From an uncultured Acidobacteriota bacterium (GTDB taxonomy: Bacteria; Acidobacteriota; Vicinamibacteria; Vicinamibacterales; Fen-181): a stretch of DNA of 64,000 nt. Each line of letters starts with the position of its first letter. Positions within the stretch are counted from its first letter, which is position 1. Of this stretch, positions 48,178-55,795 are shown piece by piece. The notes below the pieces were generated by a model. It made no database searches. It saw nothing but the letters and a program-made list of their open reading frames with translations, and was not told the origin of the DNA. Both the position numbers and the translations under genes were made by a program. The stretch covers positions 2,896,394 to 2,960,393 of the forward strand of contig OY969603.1 of the NCBI GenBank assembly GCA_963701315.1, read 5' to 3'.

Positions 48178-48242
48178 CTCTCTAATCCAAGATCCGATCG
48201 ATCGCTGTCAAGGCTGAGATGGCGGAATTCTCGGACACGCTC

Positions 48243-48596
48243 CTAGTGGGCGCGACGGGTTGCGGCTGGACGGCCGCCGCGGCGGCCGTTCCGGCGGGCG
48301 GCTGCCGCTTTCCGCGCTGAGCGCTGATGCCCTAGCAACGCCGCCGGGCCGACGATGGCGACGCTGGATCGCCCGCGCGACGTTGTCACCCGAGCAACCT
48401 TCACGCCGGTCTGCGGTTCGGGCAGAGTGAGGCCACGCGCCTGTCGGTCCTCGACGTAGAGCGCGAGCAGTTCGCGCACGGCGTCCTCGGCCTCGTCTGA
48501 AGTGTCGGCGGCGGCGTACACGGGAAGCCCCGGCACATATGCGCTCACGGCCCCGCTGTCTTCGGCCTCGAAGACGATAGGATACCTTGTCGTCAT
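48243..48596 (-). CDS. hicB: HicB-family antitoxin
   Basis: MTTRYPIVFEAEDSGAVSAYVPGLPVYAAADTSDEAEDAVRELLALYVED is the HicB N-domain, followed by a basic C-terminal tail. It overlaps hicA by 4 nt, and its stop codon lies inside the IS1182 terminal repeat. Confidence 0.8.
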   Translation of the reverse strand: MTTRYPIVFEAEDSGAVSAYVPGLPVYAAADTSDEAEDAVRELLALYVEDRQARGLTLPEPQTGVKVARVTTSRGRSSVAIVGPAALLGHQRSARKAAAARRNGRRGGRPAATRRAH

Positions 48597-48778
48597 TCCA
48601 ACCCCGCATCCTTCAATATGCGACGGGCGAGCCGCCCAACGTCCTTCTTGGTGTGAACGGACACCCAGACTTCCTTCTTCGTGAGGGGGTGCACAAACCT
48701 CCGGTGACTGCCCCTGCCGATCCGCTCCTCGACGAAACCCGCAGACCGAAGGCGACGGATGAGTTCTGCCCAGGTCAT
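48593..48778 (-). CDS. hicA: HicA-family mRNA interferase toxin
   Basis: MTWAELIRRLRSAGFVEERIGRGSHRRFVHPLTKKEVWVSVHTKKDVGRLARRILKDAGLE is a full-length HicA pattern (G.H....HP......V..H...D.....L..IL.DAGL). Confidence 0.85.
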   Translation of the reverse strand: MTWAELIRRLRSAGFVEERIGRGSHRRFVHPLTKKEVWVSVHTKKDVGRLARRILKDAGLE

Positions 48779-49074
48779 CGCCGATAGTATAACCGATCGC
48801 TGGGTTTATCGCGGGCGGGCCGAATCTCCTAAGAGGTCACCATCGGAAGACCAGCCTGGCGGCAGGGTGCCAAGAGATGTCGTATGCGCCTTTTGGCTGC
48901 CAGCAGAATTACCGTCACTCGCCTCGGTGTCACCAATCCGACGACCTGTCGCTGATGATGGACGGGCGCACGCCGCATAGATGGGCTAATCCGGCCCACG
49001 GGCCTTCGACACGTTCTGCACGCTGAGCTAGAATCCGCTTGCGACCGCGGCATGGACCTTCGCGGGAGGCCGTC

Positions 49075-49608
49075 ATGGCGGACCAGGACGCGCCGGCGGA
49101 CACCACGGGCGACAGCAGCCGGCTCAACGGCGTCCAACAGTTCTTCCTCCTGGCGTTCGGCCTGTTCGGATGCCTCGTCGTGTGGGGGGCGACGACCGAA
49201 TTCGTCGACGACGTCAGACTGCGGCTCTTCGGCCGTGAAACCGTGGGCGTCGTCGTCGAGCACGAATGGTCCAGCAGCACGACGATGACGCGGGGGCTGA
49301 GCGGCCCGGGGTCGACGATCACGTTCAGCCCGATCGTGGCCATCGACACACCGGACGGCAAGGCAAAGATTCGCGGGAAGGTGTTCCGTGCCCTGACGGA
49401 CGTCGCGCCGATCGGCACGAAGGTAGGGGTGCTCTATCTCGTCGGCCGTCCGGCCGACGGGGCGATCAAGAGCGAGGTCGACCTGGCCTGGATCTCCATC
49501 CTGACCGGCCTTCTGGGCTTCGCAATGGTCGCCGCCGTGGTCGCCGTCATGGTCGCCACGGGCACGTGGAAGCTGCCCAGGCGTTCGCCCCTCCGCGGCA
49601 GTCCCTGA
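49075..49608 (+). CDS. DUF3592-like membrane protein
   Basis: An N-terminal TM (FFLLAFGLFGCLVVWG), a beta-rich middle (…GVVVEHEW…ITFSPIVAIDTPDG…VGVLY…) and a C-terminal TM match the DUF3592 architecture. Confidence 0.6.
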   Translation: MADQDAPADTTGDSSRLNGVQQFFLLAFGLFGCLVVWGATTEFVDDVRLRLFGRETVGVVVEHEWSSSTTMTRGLSGPGSTITFSPIVAIDTPDGKAKIRGKVFRALTDVAPIGTKVGVLYLVGRPADGAIKSEVDLAWISILTGLLGFAMVAAVVAVMVATGTWKLPRRSPLRGSP

Positions 49609-49969
49609 GCCGTCCGGGGTTCACGCGCTTCTGCCTGACGAGAGATCGCCACTTCACGTGGCCCGGTGTCACGCTGCTGCGAGGCTCGGCCGCAACTCGC
49701 CACTCTCCTAGTCGTTACGAGTGGCTGGTTCTTTGAAGGGTGTCGAGTAACGGTGACAGGGACGGTGAAACGGTCCCCCCGCGTCAGCGCCTCCAGCCAG
49801 TCAGCGATGGCCAGCGGCTCCCACGTCCCGGCATAGCCGCGTACGCGCAGCATGTCGTGCAGCCGCGTGGCCGCAGCCGTGGATACCGCGCGAGCGCGTC
49901 GCGGATGACGGGCAAGGACGGACCGAGGGCCGTCGGGCAACAGACGCGACGGGACCAGGCTGGGAGCCG

Positions 49970-50227
49970 ATGTGCGCTCGACGAACGTCGAGAATCAGTC
50001 AGTTTCGCGCGCTCGCCGGCAATACCGTCGTCCGCTGTCACAGCCGGGCGTTCGCCCGCGCCTGGCGCTGGAAGTTCCGGTCCCGCCAAGGCCGGCCCGC
50101 CCTCGACGCCGACGTTGGGGCACTGATCCGGCAGATGCACGCCGCCAATCCGCTCTGGGGCCCTCCGCGGATTCATGACGAGATCGAGTACGTGTTCCGG
50201 TCGCCACAGATCAACAAGCGGCGATGA
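49970..50227 (+). pseudogene. transposase N-terminal fragment (IS481/IS3-type HTH region)
   Basis: ...GRPALDADVGALIRQMHAANPLWGPPRIHDEI matches the …RP.ID.EV.ALIRRMA.ENP.WGAPRIHGEL… region of integrase-type transposases. No catalytic domain follows. Confidence 0.5.
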
Positions 50228-50291
50228 GTGAGGACGGCGTGGGTGACCTGTCCATCGAACTGGATCTATCCCGCCCCCGCGTGCTGACGCC

Positions 50292-51194
50292 TCAGCCTAG
50301 CGGACCGTCGGTACCGGGACAGGTCGCGCCCCGCGCCACCTGCTGCGTCGTCGACCCGAAGAGCGCCAGTGCTGCACCGCCGCGGCCCTGGGCACCCATG
50401 ACGATCAGATCGGCGCCTTCCTCCGCCGCGATGTGGAGAATACCGTGATACGCGCGGCCGACCACGACCACGGTTCTGACGCCTCGGTTGAGTCGGGGTT
50501 CCCCTGAGACGAGGCTCTCGAGCCGCTGCCGAGCGTCCTTGAGCAGGTACGTTCGAAACTCCGGGACGTTGAAATGCGCGTACTCAAGTGGTTCTTCTTC
50601 TGCCAGGAATTCGATCGCGTGAACCAGGACGACAGACGCGTCGAAGCGGCGCGCGAGATCGAGGGCGAACCCGAATGCCTCCAACGCGGCGGACGAGAAG
50701 TCAATCGGACAGAGGATGGTTCGGAGCGTGATTTCGGACGGCGGGGTGGCGGGCGCGTGCGGCGGCACGGTCAATACCGGACACGGCGCTTTCCGCAGCA
50801 CCTTCTCGGTCACAGCCCCGAGAAAGAACCGGTCGAACCCGCTGCGGCCGTGCGTTCCCATCACCAGGAGGTCAGCACGCATCGCAAGAGCCTGGTCCAC
50901 AATTGTGGCCGCTGGTTCGCCGGCTTCGGCCATCAAGGCGACAGGGCTCGCGCCCAGGCCCGCGGCGGCCACCGTCTGCCGCAGCGCTTCGAGCACCTGG
51001 TCCCTTAGGACGGGATACACCATGCTGACAGGCTCGACGCCAGTCCGGACGTCCATCGGCGTGAACGAAGGCACCACGTGCAAGGTGGTTAGGTGGGCCT
51101 CGTACCACTTCGCGATTGCGCCGGCATAGGCGAGGGTCCGGACCGATAGTTCGCTCAAATCAACCGGACAGAGGATGCGTTTGAATTCGACCAC
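50292..51194 (-). CDS. tandem-domain universal stress protein (UspA family)
   Basis: Two USP domains: FKRILCPVDLSELS...GTHGRSG...CPVLTV and ILCPIDFSSA...GAQGRGG...ATCP. The final residues look frame-shifted at GGTACC (50310-50315). The alternative frame gives the canonical ...CPVPTVR* ending at 50297. Confidence 0.85.
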   Translation of the reverse strand: MVEFKRILCPVDLSELSVRTLAYAGAIAKWYEAHLTTLHVVPSFTPMDVRTGVEPVSMVYPVLRDQVLEALRQTVAAAGLGASPVALMAEAGEPAATIVDQALAMRADLLVMGTHGRSGFDRFFLGAVTEKVLRKAPCPVLTVPPHAPATPPSEITLRTILCPIDFSSAALEAFGFALDLARRFDASVVLVHAIEFLAEEEPLEYAHFNVPEFRTYLLKDARQRLESLVSGEPRLNRGVRTVVVVGRAYHGILHIAAEEGADLIVMGAQGRGGAALALFGSTTQQVARGATCPGTDGPLG

Positions 51195-51483
51195 GGGCCA
51201 CCTCCTTCAAGGCAACACGTGCGACCGCCGGAGACGTCTGAACCGTAGTGGGAATATCGAAGAGTGGTTTCCGTAAGTGCCAGTCCTCTGCCGAGGCGCT
51301 GATCATACGCTGCCTCGAACTCTCGGAGACGCGGCGAGGCTGGCCAGAGTGACCCGACCCGGGCCGCGGCGGACCTCCGGGGACCGGTCGGGTCGCACGT
51401 CAGGCACCCTGGCCAGCGGGGTGAGCCTCGCGCTGGGAGAGGAGGCAGCGCCGCGATTGCCATGCTCGTCCTGAAACGGGTCG

Positions 51484-51861
51484 TCAGCCCTTAAGCAGTT
51501 GGGTCTTGGCTTCCTCCCCACCTGCCTTGATGGGCACCTTCACTGCATCTTCCATCGGATCCTTGAAGGGCACCTCGATTCGCAACAACCCGTTCTCGTA
51601 GGTCGCTTCGGCCTTCTCAGGCTTTACCGGCCAACCCAACGCCAGCGCCGACACGTACTCGATGTCCCTGGCTGGCGCCAACAGGTAGACGCTGTCTTCG
51701 AGGATCTTCACATCGACGGTCGCCGTCGGTGCTCCTGGTATGGCGAATTCCACTATGAGCTTGTGGTGCTCACCGTCGGCATACGCAACGGTATCGGGCG
51801 CGACTTTCATCCGCTCTACCTGCATCTCGGCACCCTCCTTTACCCGATCTGTCCCGTTCAT
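51484..51861 (-). CDS. Hsp20/alpha-crystallin family small heat-shock protein
   Basis: ...HKLIVEFAIPGAPTATVDVKILEDSVYLLA...AEATYENGLLRIEVPFK is an alpha-crystallin domain. The start may be the internal MQVERM. Confidence 0.8.
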   Translation of the reverse strand: MNGTDRVKEGAEMQVERMKVAPDTVAYADGEHHKLIVEFAIPGAPTATVDVKILEDSVYLLAPARDIEYVSALALGWPVKPEKAEATYENGLLRIEVPFKDPMEDAVKVPIKAGGEEAKTQLLKG

Positions 51862-51932
51862 CCGCCACCTGGATGCGATGCCTCAGTCACCTGCCAGCCG
51901 CGACGAGGCGTGTCTGTTCAACGGTGGGAATG

Positions 51933-52139
51933 TCAGGCGATGACGGTTCCTCCCGTCATCAGGTGAATTGTTCCGACTCGTCCTCGAACTCCACCGGATT
52001 GCTCGCCGTCCGATCCGGGGGAAATCGGGATGAGGCCGCGCCGTATCGTGGCCCAAACCTGACGCGCCTGCTGACGCCGCCGCAGGCCGGCCTTCCGCAG
52101 CCGCTGGAATCTCGCCCTGTCGCCGTTCAGTTTCGACAT
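51933..52139 (-). CDS. small basic hypothetical protein
   Basis: MSKLNGDRARFQRLRKAGLRRRQQARQVW... resembles small Arg-rich proteins recurrent in Acidobacteria (from memory). 68 aa. Confidence 0.4.
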   Translation of the reverse strand: MSKLNGDRARFQRLRKAGLRRRQQARQVWATIRRGLIPISPGSDGEQSGGVRGRVGTIHLMTGGTVIA

Positions 52140-52328
52140 GGTGACCTCTGCTCTTCACAACAGCGCGTGTGTTCCGGTGCCCCAATGATAGGGGCCACGA
52201 CGCCCGGCGTCTGTGCACTTGAGCACACCACGCGTATCACAGGCCCTGTCGACCTCGGCCAGAGTCCTACGCCGATCGCGGTTTAAGTCTCTTACCGGCC
52301 GCCCGCGCACCAGCCAAGGGTGTCATCG

Positions 52329-52415
52329 GGGACGTGGCGGCTCGTGTCGCAGCCTGCTCAAAGAAACATCGAGAAGTCCCGCCTCGTGTGAGTTCGGGTC
52401 TCACCCCCGGCACCA
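52329..52415 (+). other. decayed tRNA-Leu-like pseudo-tRNA (3' half intact, 5' half not foldable)
   Basis: ...GTGGCGG...CTCAAAG...GTGAG-TTCGGGT-CTCAC-CCCCGGC-A-CCA. The T arm is perfect and an acceptor 3' strand with CCA is present. The anticodon stem and acceptor 5' strand do not pair. Confidence 0.6.
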
Positions 52416-53147
52416 TAGAGTCAATCGCCTACAGGCCGGACCACGCCCATCAAGGCCGTGCATCCTCGAGCGCCTACTGGACCGGCGACAGCCATCCGTC
52501 TGCGGTTCGGCGCGTTCGCAAGCGGGATTCCACGGACCGTGAGGGCCACGGAGGATCTCGACCTCCTCATCCGGGCAACACCGGATAATATGGAATGGTT
52601 GCGCGCGGCGTTGCGTCAGGTCACTCGTACGCCCTCGAGCGAAGAAGAGGTCGCCGGTCGGCGGGTGGTCGCGGACTGCCAGGGAGTCTCCAGTAGAATC
52701 GGCCGAGGGCCACTTCGAGACGGTTGAATCGGAGACACCTGCGCAGCGGCGTTGCGCGATCGGTTGAACCTGTGGGACGAGCGCAGACATGCGAGTGCAG
52801 AAGTTTCGCTCCGTCGAGGAGATGGACCGCGCTCCGGAGATCCGGCCGGCGGATTTCGAGCGCTTCCTACGCCACTGCGCCCGCACCGCGCGCTGACCTG
52901 CTGTCCCGGCGCCTGTCAGAGACCGAGTTGCCAGCCGAGTCTGACCGAGTACTGGAAGAGGAACGAGCACGTCAACTCGGAGCAGAGAGTGTCGTGATCG
53001 GGATGGTGCACCCGGTCCGACTGCTGGTCTGCCCAAGCCGGTGCCGCATCCCACGCTCACCACTAAAGGAAGCGGTCAGATCATGTACTCCCTACACCTG
53101 TGATCCACGCCCTTGACCGGAGCACGATGCCGCTCTACCCTGCCGTC

Positions 53148-53369
53148 ATGAGCCCCACACAATCGCCAACGGTGTCCCGCAGTCCCGACGTCATGAGCGG
53201 TACGCCGGTGTTCACGGGCACCCGGGTACCGGTCCAGACGCTACTCGACTATCTCGAGGGCGGAGAGTCGATCGACGATTTTATCGAGGGGTTCCCGTCG
53301 GTCACGCGCGAACAGGCAATCGCCTTCCTTGAAGAAGCCAAGGCGCTGCTTGTCGCCAAGGTGTCATGA
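53148..53369 (+). CDS. DUF433-domain protein (antitoxin-like HTH)
   Basis: …SRSPDVMSGTPVFTGTRVPVQTLLDYLEGGESIDDFIEGFPSVTREQAIAFLE is the DUF433 signature (GxPxxxGTRxxV…). The start could be an upstream ATG at 53100 or 53127. Confidence 0.75.
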   Translation: MSPTQSPTVSRSPDVMSGTPVFTGTRVPVQTLLDYLEGGESIDDFIEGFPSVTREQAIAFLEEAKALLVAKVS

Positions 53370-53685
53370 GATCCTGCTCGACGAGTGCGTGGATTGGCGC
53401 CTGTCGCGCGACCTCGTGGAACATGATGTCAAAACGGCGCGTCAGATGGGCTGGGCGACGATCAAGAACGGCGAGTTGCTCGCGCTGGCGTCCCAAACCT
53501 TCGAGGTGTTCGTCACCGTCGATCGCAAGTTGCCCGCTCAACAGAACTTGAGCACGCTCGCGATTGCGGTTGTCGTGTCGGTGGGGCGCACGAATCGACT
53601 GGCAGACCTCCGGCCACTCGTACCGACCTTGCTGTCCGTCCTGCCTTATGCGAAACCCGGGACTGCTGCCGTAGTCGGGCCGTAG
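53329..53685 (+). CDS. DUF5615-family PIN-like protein (putative toxin partner of DUF433)
   Basis: …EILLDECVDWRLSRDL…NGELLALASQTFEVFVTVDRKL fits DUF5615 (ILLDEN…D..LL..A….vlvT.D.D). It overlaps the DUF433 gene, and the true start (TTG 53350?) is uncertain. Confidence 0.65.
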   Translation: MKKPRRCLSPRCHEILLDECVDWRLSRDLVEHDVKTARQMGWATIKNGELLALASQTFEVFVTVDRKLPAQQNLSTLAIAVVVSVGRTNRLADLRPLVPTLLSVLPYAKPGTAAVVGP

Positions 53686-53859
53686 CGTGTGCGGAACGAG
53701 GGACGCCGCCGGGGCGCCTGCGTCGCTTTGTCTGACAGGGAACGTCCGGATTGGTGCGGTCACCGCTTGAAATGGCTCGTCGGCCGCTGGGCGAAGTCCT
53801 TCAGGAGACCGCCGGATCGCGCCGGAACCGACCGAATCCGAAAACCCGATCAAGAGCCC

Positions 53860-53912
53860 ACAATCCCGTCCCCTTCACGGGGAGTATGGGTTCAATCCCT
53901 CCTCCTACACCA
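53860..53912 (+). other. tRNA-like 3' fragment (variable-arm-like hairpin, T-loop, acceptor 3' strand, CCA)
   Basis: TCCCCTTCACGGGGA hairpin, then GGGTTCAATCCCTCCTCCTACACCA. The latter parallels GGGTTCGATTCCCTCCTCCGGCACCA of the intact tRNA-Leu. There is no complementary 5' acceptor upstream. Confidence 0.5.
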
Positions 53913-54211
53913 TCTCAATCACAAAAACTGATCATAGGTTAGCGCGATACAGGCCCCTGCTCTGACCGCTCCAGGAACGTCGTGTCCGCATCGCCCCGGG
54001 AGCCCCCCCAACCGTCCCAGTCTGGAGGCGCCGGATGCGTCGGGCACGGCCGCCCGTGCCGCCAGAACCGACTACGACCACTATCACCTCCGCCTGTTCC
54101 GGGCGATGCTCGACCGCGCCAACCGTGCGAACGTCACGTTCTATTCGCTCGATCCGCGCGGCCTGCCGACCTTCGACTCGCAGAGCGGCCCGGAGCGCGC
54201 GCCAACCGGTC

Positions 54212-55181
54212 TCAGGGAACCGGCCTGACGCTGTGGTCGGGGGCCCCGCCGGGTCGTTGGCCCGGACGTTTCGTCAAGTCGCCGCTCACGCGCAGGTACT
54301 GCTTCTTCGTGGCGTCCCACCGGTAGACTTCTTGGTAGCGCTCACGACGCTCCTTGGGGGCCACGCCATCGCAGTCGCGTGTGTACTCCTTCGGCGCCCT
54401 CACGACGTCGACGACGGCGACGAGATCCGGCAGCTCGCGGTCCTTCGCAGGAACCGTCTTCCACGACAGCTTCTCGGTGGCAGCCCCGTTGCACCCGTCG
54501 CCCACCGTGCTGTAGGTGAAGATCTGGGCGATCCGGCGGAGCCGACCGTCGCGGAGGTGGAAGATCGAGGTGATCGCGTACTCCTCGCCGGCGTTCAGAT
54601 GCGTGTTGAGGACGGTGAAGCTGTCGTCCGGGCCCAGCTGCGGAGTCCCCTCCGTACCGAGGTAGGTTTCTCGGTCGAGCCTGACCTCGGCGACGTCGGT
54701 CGGCTCGGCGCTCCCCTCGGGGAATACGGCCAGCACCGAGATCTCTTCACCGAATCCGCCGTCCTCCGACGGTTCCGGGCGCATGCCACCCCACATCAGG
54801 AGCGTGAAGCGGCGACCCTCGGCGCGAACGGCGCCAACCGACGGCGCATGCAGATGCGTGCCTACCGGAAGCTCGGCCCGCTCCTTGCTCGTGCCGGGCA
54901 TCCGCAACTGCTTATCGACAGCGAGCACGTACCTCGTCACCGGCGAGCTGGCCGCCCGGGAAGATGCGTTTCGCGCCGTCCACAGCGGTGTAGCCCGGCG
55001 CCAGTCGGGTCGCCCAGCCTGACGAATCGGCGGCGCCACCTGGCACGGGACACACGACCACGGCAAGCAGACTGGCGATCAGCAGGCGTCGTCGCTGGTG
55101 TCCTCGCGGCTCGGAGGAGGCGTGGCGGAACCCTCCGGGGGGTGATTTACTGAGGCCGACGGCGTTCACGGGTCCTCCCAT
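54212..55181 (-). CDS. secreted hypothetical protein, apparent 1-nt frame break at about 54930
   Basis: The N-terminal frame (RRRLLIASLLAVVVCPVPGGAAD…FPGGQLAGDE) carries a signal or lipoprotein-like segment. The body (YVLAVDKQLRMPGTS…) continues in another frame. No family was recognised. Confidence 0.5.
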
Positions 55182-55361
55182 CGACAGTGATTTCGCGCCG
55201 GGCCGCGCACGCGAAAGACGGGCGTCGACGCGTCACACGATGACGGGCGCCCGCTGGCTGATGACACTGCCACCCGCGACTCCGCCCGCCTGCCAGACGT
55301 TTGGCGACGTCCGTTCGAGAGAATAGCAGGTTCCGGCGCAGTTGTTGAGTCGCTGCGGCCG

Positions 55362-55781
55362 TTGACGCCTGACCGTCGGGCCCTCCGAGAGACGGGACCC
55401 CGCACGGGCCGGCGCGCCCGGCATTCACGATCGCGCGGTGCGTCCACCCATGGCTGGCGCTCACGGTGGGATGCGGACGTGGTCCTCGACCCATCCCGCC
55501 TTCACGACACTCCGGACCTCGTCGCCGCGTTGACCTCCGCCGGCTTCGCGAGAGGCCGTCGGGTGGGTGCGTGGACTGTCGAAAGGGACGTTGACGGGGC
55601 CCAGGTGACCATCGACATCGACCTGATGGTGCCGGAAGCGGTAGGTGGGGCTGGCCGTCGCGCTGCTCCCCTCCGTGATCATTGGGACAGACGGCCAGGA
55701 AAGCGCGTGCGTACCCGGCTTCCGCACTCTGCGGATGGACGTGGAAACGATGGCCTCCGCCCCCGCCGCGGCTCGACGCTG
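55362..55781 (+). pseudogene. nucleotidyltransferase-like fragment (AbiEii-like?), frame-broken and truncated
   Basis: …WDADVVLDPSRLHDTPDLVAALTSAGF…VTIDIDLMVPEAVGGAGRRAAPL resembles NTase-fold toxin cores. The frame changes at GTACCCGG (55711-55718), with an early stop before the converging gene. Confidence 0.4.
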
Positions 55782-55795
55782 ATCCGGCCGTTCTG

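Larger units (their letters stand above)
43193..48246 (-). mobile_element. IS1182-family insertion sequence (about 1.54 kb of its own sequence) interrupted by a 3.5-kb RIT element
   Basis: Terminal IRs CTAGGAGCGCGTCCGAGTATT (43193-) and the reverse complement of 48226-48246, CTAGGAGCGTGTCCGAGAATT (19 of 21). The transposase is split into two pieces that join seamlessly (…AVPDPN|PKAQYNFTDPESRIM…). Confidence 0.8.

Noticed and set aside
49434-49940. 168-aa minus-strand ORF with RLHDMLRVRGYAGTWEPLAIADWLEAL, possibly an IS21 IstA N-terminal fragment
   Set aside because: The similarity is a single short stretch, and the ORF overlaps the 3' end of the DUF3592 gene in antisense. It is likely debris at best.
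53866-53884. tRNA-Sec (anticodon TCA) reading of the hairpin TCCCC-TTCAC-GGGGA
   Set aside because: The loop is 5 nt unless a G:C pair is opened. No 8-9 bp acceptor stem or D arm can be built upstream, and the T stem pairs at only 3 positions.
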